From NCBI RefSeq assembly GCF_009914755.1, contig NC_060940.1: a stretch of 64,000 nucleotides of DNA; one strand, 5' to 3'. This DNA comes from the human T2T-CHM13v2.0 reference genome, Homo sapiens. The translations under genes and the position numbers were made by a program. Below are positions 44,576 to 56,340 of this stretch, in pieces; position 1 is the stretch's first letter; every line of letters begins with the position of its first letter. The notes under the pieces were generated by a model. The model saw only the letters and a list, made by a program, of their open reading frames with translations. It made no database searches and was not told the DNA's origin.

Positions 44576-44686
44576 GTTGGGAATAATGACATCGATGATG
44601 TAAACATCATAGTTTTCCGGCAGATTAATCAATTTGATTTAAGTGGAAATGTGATCACTTCCTCTGAATACCTTCCTACGTTATGG
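44576..44686 (+). CDS. NOMO3: NOMO exon 27 (111 bp): VGNNDIDDVNIIVFRQINQFDLSGNVITSSEYLPTLW
   Basis: ctctag|GTTGGG...TTATGG|gtaagt. Confidence 0.96.
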
Positions 44687-45055
44687 GTAAGTCCAGACTT
44701 TTAAGCTCCAAGTATTGTGTTCCCTTTGGCTTTGAGACAAGTACGAATGGGATGTTTTTGGTTTTGTGCCTGTCTCGTGCCTTAGGTGTGACAGGTGGAG
44801 GTGCTCCAGAGTGCCGCCTGCTGAGGGTTGAGGTTGAGATTTAAGAACCTTGGACCACAACACGTATTTGGGAGAGTGATTGCCAGTTGTGGGAGAGAAT
44901 GTGGTCCAGTTTCAGATAACTGTCTGCCATCAGTTAATCTTCCAAAGAATTATAGTAGAAGCCTGATCAATGATCAATACAATATGGAATCTAACGTGGA
45001 AAGCCAATTCTAAAGAAAGCGCCTTGTAACTTAAAATTTTCTCTGGAGTGGAGGT

Positions 45056-45448
45056 CGTATTAAACGTTCTTGCATTGGTTTAAAGAAATGCCTGAGGCTA
45101 GATAATTTATAACAAAAGAGGTTTCATTGGCTCCTCGTTCTGTAGGTTGTACAGGAAGCATAGTGGCGTCTGCTTCTGGGGAGGCCTCAGGAGGCTTCCA
45201 ATCATGGCAGAAGGTGAAGTGGGAGCAGGCATGTCATGTGGGAGAAGCTGGAGCAAAAGAGAGAGTTGGGGCATGGTGCCACACACTTTTAAATGATCAG
45301 ATCTCACAAGACTCATAACGAAGACAGCACCAAGCCACGAGGGATCCACCCCAAAGATCCGATCATCTCACAGCAGGCCCTACCTCCGGCACGGGGGATT
45401 ACAATTCAACATGAGATTTGGGCAGGGACAAATATCCAAACAGTATCA
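45056..45448 (-). mobile_element. MaLR solo LTR (MSTA/MSTB-like)
   Basis: MST motifs ggggaggcctcagg, caatcatggcagaagg, caattcaacatgagatttggg; 5-bp TSD gaggt on both sides. Confidence 0.88.
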
Positions 45449-46964
45449 GAGGTGGTGGACGGTGGGCTGGAGAGCAGGTGGTCTGGGCTTTCTCTTGTCT
45501 CCAGTAGTGACTCACCTTGCTGCCTGGGCCAGTCACTTCATTTCCACATGCCTCGACTTCGTCCTCTGCAAAACCTAGATTTTGGACTCAGAGACCTCTT
45601 ATAATCTTGTTCAGCTCTAACAAAATCTCCATGTTACCATTAATGAAGAAATGTTTATAAAATACCCTGCAGACCCTCTGCGGATGTTAGTGATTTGCTC
45701 TGGGGGTACATTGTTAAGATGCGCTTGTAATTTTATAAGCAGTTAAGTATTTGGCATGGGTGAGAAAGTGTGTGTGCGCTTTAGTCCACTCTGTCCAGGG
45801 CTTGCAGGCGTGTGCTTGTAGGGACCAGGCAGGTAATGTCAGAGAGTGCAGAGGGTTGGGTAGGGTGGGGGGCAAACTGGGGAACTCCTGCCCCATCCAT
45901 GAGGGGCACAAGGGAGGGGAAGAGGCAGAGAGGAGGGGAGGGCGCCACTCTCTTGCTCCTGAGTGTTGCTGTGCTAGAATTGAGGCTCAGGGTTGGTGTC
46001 ACTTCCCAGTTTTCCGGAGAAGCTGGAAATTAGAATTATTTGAAATCACCTGATTTTTAAATATAGTCGGTGAATTCAGATTTACTTAAGATGTTATAGA
46101 AGAAAAAAGAACACATAAGGGATCTTCAATGCGACCCATAACCTTCAGTCTGTGACTTTCATTTTAGGAAAATTCCCCTGGTGTGTTATGTAGAAAGGTG
46201 CCAGTGTGGGCCCAGGGAGGTGGTCCTGGCATTCTCTTGCGGCAGGTGCACTGTGGCATCCTCACAGCCTTTGCCATCAGCCAGGGCTGCACCTTAACCC
46301 TGCTCATGCCCCATCCCGTGTGGGAGTGAGAACAGGCAACAACCCCAGAAATAAAGCCAGAAACAAAGTACTCCAGTGCCTCCTGAAGCAGCGTGGAGAG
46401 CCACGTACATGATGGAATGCGTTTTGAGTTTAACAGATTGGTGGAGTTAAGGTGACATCATATGATGAGGCAGTGCAAGGCGGGAAGGACCCTCAGGAGT
46501 CGTCAGGGGGTTGAGTCCCAGGCTCTACCATGTGTAAGTTGTGTGACCTTAGGTGACTTTGGCTCTCTGGGTCTCCATAGGGATAATAACAATACCTGTT
46601 TTGTAGTCAGGATTGGCGATAATGTAGATAAAATATCTGGCGCCTGCCTGGCATATTACAGATGTTCAACACGTGTTAGAAGCTATTTTTAATATTACTA
46701 TTATATTAACTTATATTACTATTTTGAGCAAGAACATGGGTAGTCAGAATCTGATTTGAATCTTAATTTCTGTGCATGATACATAACTGGATGGAGTCTC
46801 AGATGACAGAGGGATGTGTGATGTCTATGGAGGGAGCTTTCTTTTTCAAATATCCATGTTTCCAAAGACACCTACCCAGAGAGCGGCTGTCCTGAGGATG
46901 TCTGCTATGAAATATTGATTGTGTTTCAGTTTCAAAGCATGTCTGACTTTGTTTCTCCCTCCAG

Positions 46965-47066
46965 GTCAAGCTTTACAAAAGCGAAAACCTCGACAATCCA
47001 ATCCAGACAGTTTCCCTTGGCCAGTCCCTGTTCTTCCATTTCCCCCCACTGCTCAGAGATGGCGAG
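46965..47066 (+). CDS. NOMO3: NOMO exon 28 (102 bp): VKLYKSENLDNPIQTVSLGQSLFFHFPPLLRDGE
   Basis: ctccag|GTCAAG...GGCGAG|gtaatg. Confidence 0.96.
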
Positions 47067-47461
47067 GTAATGCCTGTGGCCGGATTCTACCTTCTGCCTT
47101 TGTTTTAATAATTCTGCTGTTTAGTTTAAGGAAGCACAGTTCTCTCCTTTTCTCCCTAAATACCACTCTGCAGAAATGCGCTCTCTGAATCAAAAGAGGT
47201 TGGGTTCTGTAGGGATTATTTTTTCTTCATTGTTTTTCTGTTTACAAAAAGAATACATATTCATGGCAGGAGATTTTGGGAAAAAGAAGACATAAGCCCA
47301 TCATCCAGAAATAGCCACTGCTAACATGGTGATTGGTATCCTTTGGGTCTTTTTTCAGGCACGTGTGCGCATGCATGTATAAATATAAATAGACATTTAT
47401 TTTAATAATTCAAAACTGACACTGTTTTGTACATTGTTTTGTAATCCATGCTTTTCAATGA

Positions 47462-47805
<344 letters not shown>

Positions 47806-48714
47806 AAATCTTTCATACTATGATTTTTATGGACAGTAGTCCATAAACTAGGAAACGCGATGATTTATTTAACCAAGGCCTACTGTTGGGCATGATCGAC
47901 TCTTGCACTTTGAACATATCACCCCATGCTTTCCTGCTAAGAAGTCCACTTTTAAAAATGCCTTGTAATTTTTAAAAATTCCTCTATTTTAACATTCTGC
48001 TATTGAGTTTAGGGAAATACAGTTTCCTCATGATGGGGGATCCCTTGAATGAGATGAGTTGCTTTTCTCTTGCTGCTTTGAACGTTCTCTCTGTCTTTGA
48101 TAATCTGATTATAACGTGTGTCGTGTAGAACACTTGCAGCTCCACCTTTTCAGTGTCCTTTGGGTTCCATGAATCTGGATGTCTCCCTCCTTGGAACTGG
48201 GAAGTTTTCAGCCATTATTCTGGCCGTCATTTACTGATTATAAAGTGCTTATTATCAATTCTATTTGGACAGAGCTAACTTGTAGTTGGTGTGGGGAGTG
48301 CAAACTTTGCAAAGAATTTGGTTCTTTTCTGGTGGTCTTAGCCTGAGGATGTCAAGTGTGAGCCTAGAGGGTGACGTTTCCTCTCCTGGCTCCTTACCAC
48401 CTGCCGTGAAGATGATCTACTCTGGCCTTTCTCTGTGGAAAATGGCTGCGAAATAATGAAACAGGCTGTCACGGAATTTTCTCCTCCTCTTTCTCCAGGG
48501 GTGTTGAAATAGTCACTTCCTACAGCGATGCGGAAACATCTTGGGCTTTGGGGTCACACTTCCCCTGAGTTCAGAGCCTTCATAGATGTGTGGCAGCCTT
48601 CTTAGCTGAGTGACCTTGGGCAAGTTACTCTTAGTCTCTTCGTGCTTGACTTTCCTCGTCTATAAGACGGGGTGATGATCCCGACCTTGCCAGTGGTAGA
48701 AAGCAAAGCAGCCG

Positions 48715-48839
48715 CGGGCCTCATGCAATGTGCATGGTGCCTGGCAGCTGGTCGGTGCTCAGCACACAGAGCTGTGACGGGCCTCATGCAATGTGCATGG
48801 TGCCTGGCAGCTGGTCGGTGCTCAGCACACAGAGCTGTG
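48715..48839. repeat. Perfect 62-bp direct repeat (period 63)
   Basis: cgggcctcatgcaatgtgcatggtgcctggcagctggtcggtgctcagcacacagagctgtg twice. Confidence 0.95.
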
Positions 48840-49302
48840 GCTGCCCCTGGTGCCGTTCCAGGGATGCTGTATTTTTAGGATTTGCCAGCTTACGAGCCTC
48901 TCAAGCATCGTCCCTTAGAAGTCAGCCCCGTTGTGGATCCTCAGTTGTATCACGTACCTCCCTCATCAGAATTGGCTCATAATAATTTTTTGTGTTTCAT
49001 AAAGTCAGATCCTCAGAGGACCGTAATTGTCAAGGTTGGGTACTCATAAAAAGGCTGCAGGCTCTGACAGCCTTATCAGAAGCCACAGTCTCAGAGACAC
49101 TGGGGACACATGCCCGCCACTGATGGAATAGCCCGCTGAGGTTGATACTTTGAAGGCAGCAACCTTGGTTTGGATGTGTAGTCTTGGGGATTTCTTTAAA
49201 AACATAAAGTTCTTTACATCACAGCCATACGTTAGGTTTTAGTTTTCATTTGCTTTGCCAGAGCTGTCCTTATAAAAATAACTTCTTCCCATGTGTGCAC
49301 AG

Positions 49303-49422
49303 AACTATGTTGTGCTTCTGGACTCCACACTCCCCAGATCCCAGTATGACTACATCTTGCCTCAAGTTTCTTTCACCGCAGTGGGCTACCATAAACACAT
49401 CACCTTGATTTTTAATCCCACG
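49303..49422 (+). CDS. NOMO3: NOMO exon 29 (120 bp): [40 protein letters not shown]
   Basis: gcacag|AACTAT...CCCACG|gtaagt. Confidence 0.96.
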
Positions 49423-49456
49423 GTAAGTAAAAGAGGGAGTTAAAAAAAAATCCATG

Positions 49457-49780
49457 GGCTGGGTTTGGTGGCTCACGCCTGTAATCCCAGCACTTTGGGA
49501 GGCCAAGGCTGGTGGATCTCTTGAGCCCGGGAGTTTCAGACCAGCCTAGGCAATACGGTAAAACCCCAACTCTACAAAAAATACAAAAATTAACCGGGCG
49601 TGGTGGAACGCACCTATAGTCCCGGCTACTCAGGAGGCTGAGGTGGGAGGATCACTTGAGCCTGGGAGGTTGAGGCCTCGATGAGCCATGATCATGCCCC
49701 TGCACTCCAGCTTGGGTAACAGAGTGAGACCCTTTCTCCAGAAGAAACAAAACAAAACAAAACAAAACAAAACAAAACAA
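49457..49780 (+). mobile_element. Alu (AluJ-like) with (AAAAC)n tail
   Basis: Consensus, TSD aatccatggg. Confidence 0.9.
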
Positions 49781-50741
49781 TCCATGGGGTGGCAAAAGAA
49801 GGCATGTCCATACAACCTGTGCTCCAGGTCGCAGGTTGCAGGGCAGATATTTAAAGGGCTCCTGGCATTGGGTCACTTTCTCATTCTGCCTTCTGGATTC
49901 TGGGCTTCCCCAGATTGTTTTTAGCTTTTCTGAGCACTGATGCCTGCGATTCCCTTTGAGGAGGAAACTGGTAATAAGAGCAGTGTAATTGTTTAGATCG
50001 GTGGCTCAGGAATGATTTTGGGGGAGGAGGGACACCACTATCGCTGGTGTGGCGTGTGCTTCTCCATGAGGGAGCACATGGTACATGGCCACGCAAACCC
50101 CTAGAACCAACTGCTACTTTACAGGAAATAGGGAGGACCCAGGAGCACGCAAATGACTCCACAGGGATGCAGGACAACCACCTGGAGCCTGATTTGTTTG
50201 ACAAATAAATTGCAAGGAAAAAAAAAACAACAGATGGACAGAATACCTGTGGGTTAAAAGAAACTTAACTTATCGCTTAATTCATTGCAATATGTGGCCC
50301 TTACTATTTGCAATATGTGTATCTGTTGCATACGGTCTGTCCTGTATCCGATAGGCTGGAACAGTGGAACAAACAAAACATACACGTATCTTTTACCTTC
50401 TTGATAAAATTGTTTAGTGATTCCTAAAGCTCAGATGCAGTATTGTCACCTGATGATTAAACAGACACATCAGCAATAGCAAAAACAGAGTCCAGGGCTC
50501 AGCCTCAGGACTGCTGATTCTGAACTTGACGGGGTGAAAGTGTAGCACAGGAGTCTGCATTAAAAACAAAAATCTGGCCTCATAGCTACTGTGTTGGTTG
50601 TTGCTTCTAGGCCTTTTCAGTGGGCAGAATAAGAACTTTATTGTTTTCAAAAGATGTAACTGTAAGTGGAACAATATCCTCCGATCCTCCTTTTTCCTTT
50701 TTTGATAACGACACAGCATTCCTCTGTGTGGATATACCGTG

Positions 50742-51081
50742 TGTCTTAGGCCATTTGGGCTGCTATTTTGTATCTTAGACTGGGTAACTTATAAACAACA
50801 AACATTTATTTCTTACAGTACTAGAGGCTGGGAAGTCCAAGATCAAGGCATTGGCAGATTTGGGGTCTGGCGAGGACTTGCTGTCTGCTTCATAGATGGT
50901 GCCACCTAGCTGTGTCCCCACAAGGCGGAAAGGGGCAAACAAGTTCCCTCAGGCCACTCTTACGGGGCATTAATCCCTGACTTAATCACCTCCTAAAAAG
51001 GGTGTCCTCTTGACACTATCACATTATGGATTAGGGTTCAACCTATGAATTACGTAGGCACAGACACATTCAGATCCTGGC
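50742..51081 (-). mobile_element. MaLR LTR (MLT1A/MSTC-D-like)
   Basis: gaggctgggaagtccaagatcaagg, acatttatttcttacagt, ttaatcacctcct. Confidence 0.8.
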
Positions 51082-51089
51082 ACTACATG

Positions 51090-51880
51090 TAGGATATTCA
51101 GTTAGCCCCTGGTTGAGGGGCGTTTGTGTTGTTACTGGTTTTCTGCTATTACACATAACCCTTTAATGAATTGCCTTACGCATGCATGTTTTTGAGTGTT
51201 CGTCAGTCTCTCTTTGGAATAGACTCCCAGAAGTGGAATTGCTGAGTCAAAGGGTAAATGCATACGGAATTTTGATTGATACGGCCACTTCCCATCCATG
51301 GGGGTTTTACTGTTTTATATTCCCGCCAGCAGTGAATGAGTACCCTTTTTTCCCCAACAGAGTATTTTGTCAAATTTTTCAATTTTTGCAGGCTTATAGA
51401 TGAGAAGTGATATTATCTCACTGTACTTCTAATTGCATTTCTCTCTTTTCATGTGGTTAAGAGCCATTTGTATTTTCTGTGAACTATTTAACCTATTTTT
51501 CTATAGAATTTTTGGTCTTTTTCAACCATTTTCAGCTCTTTGTATACTAGGAATATTAACCCTTTGTAATGTTTGTTGTACATATTTTTCCCAATTTGTC
51601 ATTTATCTTTTCACTTGGTTTCTGCAAAGATTTACTTTATTTCTGTGTTAAATGTGTTGATTTTTTCTTATTGCTTCTGGATTTTAGAGTCATAGGAAGG
51701 TTTTCTTCATTCCCAGCTTTTACAGGAATTTATCGTGTTTTTTTCAGGCAGACTTTTATAGTTTCTGTTTTTACATTTAAATCTCTCTATCCATTTGGAG
51801 TTTTTCCTGGTATAGATGTGAAGTATGGCTCCAGATTGTCTTTTTCCACATGCTATCCAGTTACCATTTCATGCTTTTCA
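51090..51880 (-). mobile_element. Old L1 (L1ME-like) fragment
   Basis: agaagtggaattgctgagtcaaaggg and T-rich L1 antisense texture. Confidence 0.72.
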
Positions 51881-52167
51881 AACGCCATCCTGCATGGAAG
51901 GTGGACAGGAATTACCTTTCATTTAGAGATGAGAAGATGGGAACCTAGAAGGAGATGTGAGCAGCCCAAGGTCACCAGCTCACGTGGAGCAGTGCTAGGG
52001 CTTGAGCAGAGCTCTGCTGCTGATTCTGGGCTTCTGTGAAGAGTGATTCATGCTCAGTGAGCCTGTAAATATGATCTTACCTGAACAAGAGAGTTTTTCT
52101 CATGACCCACGAGGAAACACTTCCTTGTTACTCACAGTAGAGACCTGGTTAGAAAGTGCTGGAGAGG

Positions 52168-52469
52168 GCTAGGTGTGGTGGCTCACGCCTGTAATCCCAG
52201 CATTTTAGGAGGCTGAGGTGGGCAGATCATTTGAGGTCAGGAGTTCGAGACCAGCCTGGGCAATGTGGTGAAAGTGAAACCCCATCTCTGCTAACAATAC
52301 AAACATTAGCCAGGCGTGGTAGCACGCACCTGTAATCCCAGCTACTCGAGAGGCTGTGGCAGGAGAATTGTGAACCTGGGATGCAGAGTTTGTAGTGAGC
52401 TAAGATAGCCCCAGTGCACTCCAGCCTGGGCGACAGAGCAAGACTGTCTCAAAAAAAAAAAAAAAAAAG
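52168..52469 (+). mobile_element. Alu (AluS-like)
   Basis: Consensus, TSD agaaagtgc. Confidence 0.9.
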
Positions 52470-52737
52470 AAAGTGCCAGAAAGATAAGCATATACAAGAA
52501 CCACTTACCTTTGCTTGGGGCTGCATTGTGGCCCAGTTGCTGGGAGAGGCTTCTGTGAAGGCCGTTGATAGCTGCAGGCAGTGACATTCTCAGGGGCCCC
52601 TAGCAGACAACTCATCCGGGCTCAGGGACACACCTGGGAGCCAGTGGCAGGAATGTGGAGACACTGCTTGGTGGTGGCCGAGCAGCCCAGCCTCGTAGCT
52701 GCTGCCTGTCACTTCTGAGAATGTAAGAAACTGTGCC

Positions 52738-52838
52738 CTGGTGTGTGATGTTCCCCTTCCTGTATACCTATGTAACTAACCTGCACATTGTGCACATATA
52801 TCCTAAAACTTAAAGTATAATTAAAAAAAAAAAAAAAA
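52738..52838 (+). mobile_element. Very short young L1PA insertion with 5' inversion
   Basis: Inverted piece (reverse complement of acaggaaggggaacatcacacaccag) joined to L1 3' terminus ...cctaaaacttaaagtataa + poly-A; TSD ...ctgtgcc. Confidence 0.85.
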
Positions 52839-53392
52839 GCTGTGCCTGCTGGGGCTTGGATTCCCGAGCAGGGCCAAGTGTTGAATGAAGAGAGCGCCCA
52901 CTCTGTGCCACCCCGTACAGGGCCCTCACAGGTTGATCCTCACAACAAGCCTTCAAGCAGGTGTGCCATTCCTCCCATTTTCACAGAAGCCCAGAAAGAT
53001 TGAGTCACTTACTGAGTGTTAGCAGAACCAGGACTCAAGTGAGGCAGTTTGTCTCAAGCCACATGGTTTCCACCTCGTTCTGCCCTCCGCGTGATGAGTG
53101 GCTCAGCATTGCATGTTCACGGGGGCTTTGTAAGCACATTGGTTTCCTTCTTTGTTGATGTGACTGCCCACAGCCTCGCGACTGGATTTTACTCAGTATT
53201 CCATGCCCTGCTGAGCATTTCACATACTCCTTTCATCAAGTTTCACAGCATCCACCCCCAGTGGGTGTTGTTCATATGATCTCCATGTCATAGTTGAGTA
53301 AACTGAGTCTCAACGTGGTTGCCTGAGTTTACCCAGTGAGGCCTGGGACCTGAGCCTAGACTGAATCACTCTTAATTCCTGCTGAATTAAAC

Positions 53393-53696
53393 TTTTATTT
53401 ATTTATTCATTATTATTTTTTTCTGAGACAGAGTCTTGCTTTGTTGCCCCTGCTGGAGTGCAGTGGCACGATCTTGGCCCACTGCAACCTCTGCGTCCCG
53501 GGTTCAAGTGATTCTCACCTCCTGAGTAGCTGGAATTACAGGCATGCACCACCACTTCTGGCTAATTTTGTATTTTTATAGAGACGGGGTTTCACCATGC
53601 TGGCCAGGCTGTTCTCAAACTCCTGACCTCAGGTGATCTGCCCACCTCAGCCTCCCAAAGTGCTGGGATTACAGGCGTGAGCCACTGCACCTGGCC
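53393..53696 (-). mobile_element. Alu (AluS-like)
   Basis: Antisense consensus, TSD tgaattaaactttta. Confidence 0.9.
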
Positions 53697-53869
53697 TGAA
53701 TTAAACTTTTAAGTAAGTGTTTACTTCAGTGGAAAAATGGGTTGGGTTCTAAGAGATGTCCAGAGATACAGGAGTAGGCAGTTGTTGATGGAAATCTGTT
53801 CCTGCCCTTATTCTTTCATTTATGAAAGGGCATCCCAGGTACAGCGGCCCCCACAGTCACTCTCTAGCC

Positions 53870-54207
53870 CAGCAGTTCTCGGATGGGTTGGTTGCAGGAC
53901 CCCTTTATACTGTTAAAAATTATTGAGGATTTTAAAGAGTTTGAGTTTGCATGGATTATCTCTGTGTATATTTATCATATTAGTAATTAAAACCGAGATG
54001 TTGAAAACGCAAGAACTCACAAGCTACACATTCCGTTAGCTGTGGGCGTGATGACATCAGGGTGCGTAGTCTCTGGAAAAGTCCACTGTGTGCTTGCGAA
54101 TGAAAGAGGGCGGAAAAGGCACATCACATCTTACTATTGGCTGAAAATAGCTGTGGCCTCGGGAACCTCTGCGAGAGGAGTCCCGGTATCCTACACTGAG
54201 AACACTG
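53870..54207. mobile_element. hAT-Charlie DNA transposon remnant
   Basis: TIR-like ends cagcagttctc / gagaacactg; degenerate 8-bp TSD ctctagcc / ctctggct. Confidence 0.65.
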
Positions 54208-55208
54208 CTCTGGCTCATTAACTTGTTTTTATCATTATTGGGAAGTTCTCCTTCCATTTATTTGCTTCCTTTATGAGAGTAGAGTGGGCCAATGGGATAT
54301 AGGTTCACTTGATGCTTTAGAACCCAGCATTTCAGGGGCTTTAGCAAGATGGAAATGTCTGTCTCATGTCAAGTGTCCAGGAGTGACCAGTGCAGAGATA
54401 GTCTGGTAGCTCCAAGGCGTCAGGGGACCCAGGCCCCTTCTGTCTCATTGTGCTGTTCCAGTGCATTGCTTTTCTCCAAAATGGGGCAATTGGCCAAATG
54501 CTGTCTACCCAGCAAAAGGGAGGGCACACCACTTCCCTAGGGTCCAGCCAGGGTGTGGCACTTACCGCTTCTGTTCCTGTACCATTGGCCAAAATTTAGT
54601 TCCAGGGCTGCGCCTGCTGCAGGGAAGGCTGGAAAAGGTGATCTATATTGTCGGTGGCCCAGATAAAAGTTGGGGGTTCTATTGGGAGAAAGGGAGAATG
54701 GCCACAGGGATGCTAGTAGCAGTGCCTGCTTTGCTTCCTCACTAGACCGTACTGGCTGGGAATAGCTGCCCATCACTGTGTGCCCTGGGTCTAGAACTGT
54801 AGGTTCTTGATACATCCTTGTAGGACTAAGTCCCTGCATGTTGCTGGGACTCAACAAACTGAGACCCAGTTGCTTTTCAACCACCAAGACTCTCTGATAG
54901 CTGCATCTCTTCATTTCCTCAGTTGGGAGGAGGGTCCAGAGGCTGAGGAATGCCTTGTCATTGGAATCTCTTTGTCCCTGAGTTTCAGAAGCAAATAGTG
55001 AAGCTTTGGGCAGAAGAGGATTCATGGGAAAATACATCCAAATCACTTTGGTTCCTTCCTTTGGATAGAAGGAATTTGGATCATGAGGGCCCCTGGGTGT
55101 CCTCAAGTGGCCACTTTGGAAGGCTGGGTGGGTGGTGGCTGTGGCATTGTGGATGATGGACAAGCTTGTGGCCTTGGTGAGGAGTGATGGGGCTCTCGGT
55201 GTTTGCAG

Positions 55209-55301
55209 AGGAAGCTGCCTGAACAGGACATCGCACAAGGATCCTACATTGCCCTGCCATTGACGCTGCTGGTTCTGCTGGCCGGTTACAACCATGACAA
55301 G
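55209..55301 (+). CDS. NOMO3: NOMO exon 30 (93 bp): RKLPEQDIAQGSYIALPLTLLVLLAGYNHDK; contains the transmembrane helix
   Basis: ttgcag|AGGAAG...GACAAG|gtagga; hydrophobic run YIALPLTLLVLLAGY. Confidence 0.96.
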
Positions 55302-55724
55302 GTAGGAAATCCAGAGGCCTCAGGAGATGGCGGGCATGTCAGGGAGAGCGAGTCCTCACAGCTGCAGGAGTGATAGCAGAGGGATGTCCAGGGTCACAGA
55401 AATCACATTTCCGGGTCGGGAGGGCCCGTGAAGGCCTCAAGTCCAGACTTAGGTCTCCTTTCAAGGCTGTAAACTTCTGTAACATCTCCTAATCCTTAAA
55501 CCTGGAACACCTCTAGGGACATATTAGGCCCGGAGAGAGGCCAGCCCATCCCTGGGGACTCATTAGTAAGAGGCCTGCCTCGTTTGAACTGAAACCCACC
55601 CATTAGCACGTGGCAGCTGCTGATCATGTCTGAAGAAGGTGTGTTGAGAAGTGAGGCTCCGCTGTTCATCTGGCAAAAGCCTCCTCTTTGTACCCCTCTC
55701 TCTCACACTTTCTCTCTTTTCTAG

Positions 55725-55856
55725 CTCATTCCTTTGCTGCTGCAGTTGACAAGCCGGCTACAGGGAGTCGGCGCGCTCGGCCAGGCAGCCTCTGACAATA
55801 GCGGCCCAGAAGATGCAAAGAGACAAGCCAAGAAACAGAAGACAAGGCGGACGTGA
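55725..55856 (+). CDS. NOMO3: NOMO exon 31 coding part: LIPLLLQLTSRLQGVGALGQAASDNSGPEDAKRQAKKQKTRRT-stop (cytosolic tail)
   Basis: ttctag|CTCATT...CGGACGTGA; cumulative length fits a 1222-aa protein. Confidence 0.96.
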   Translation, partial: LIPLLLQLTSRLQGVGALGQAASDNSGPEDAKRQAKKQKTRRT

Positions 55857-56183
55857 GGAGGAAGGGGACAGTTGCAGTCTCACTTGGGACAGGCCACAGC
55901 CAGGGGTCCGGCCACTACCCGCCCGTGGGATAAAAGCCAAAAGCATGCGTCAGCTAACTTCAGCCTGTGCTGCTGGGCCCGCACCCCATGTCCCTTGTCA
56001 CTGTGGCATCCTGCACCCATCCTCACCCCTCCGTAGAGCCCCTCGTGCAATGCAATGAATGGACCCTCCTGTCACTCTGCTGAACAGAATTTATTTTCTG
56101 AGTCAAATATAATTTATTATTATTTTTGTCAAAGAAGTATTTAAGCTGTGCTGTGGTGTGAGAATGTCATTCTTGATCTTCAG

Positions 56184-56322
56184 CCTTCGTTTGCAAGAAG
56201 AGTTCCAGTTGATGTGGTGTTTGGTTCCATGGCGGGGTACCCTAGGGATTCATCTGTTTTCTTCACTTCCCTTTGCATCTGAGATCCTGCTGGAAACCAC
56301 GGCAACCTGTATCCACTATTAG
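56184..56322 (+). CDS. Alternative terminal coding exon: (T)LRLQEEFQLMWCLVPWRGTLGIHLFSSLPFASEILLETTATCIHY-stop, giving a 1267-aa isoform
   Basis: Donor AC|gtgagg at 55852/55853 overlaps the stop; acceptor gatcttcag|C at 56183/56184; open in frame to TAG at 56320-56322; matches the C-terminus I recall for the long NOMO2 isoform. Confidence 0.6.
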
Positions 56323-56334
56323 GAGGTAAAAATC

Positions 56335-56340
56335 AATAAA
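56335..56340 (+). terminator. Polyadenylation signal AATAAA
   Basis: Canonical hexamer about 480 nt after the stop, followed by GT-rich sequence (tttgtgttgt). Confidence 0.85.

Noticed and set aside
54537-55295. Longest ORF in the track (252 aa, minus strand), antisense to exon 30
   Set aside because: No recognisable domain; it starts as the antisense shadow of exon 30 and runs into intronic, LTR-like sequence, with no supporting splice or promoter signals.
56308-56322. Alternative tail ends in CIHY, resembling a CaaX prenylation box
   Set aside because: His at the a2 position and terminal Tyr fit poorly with typical CaaX substrates; likely coincidence.
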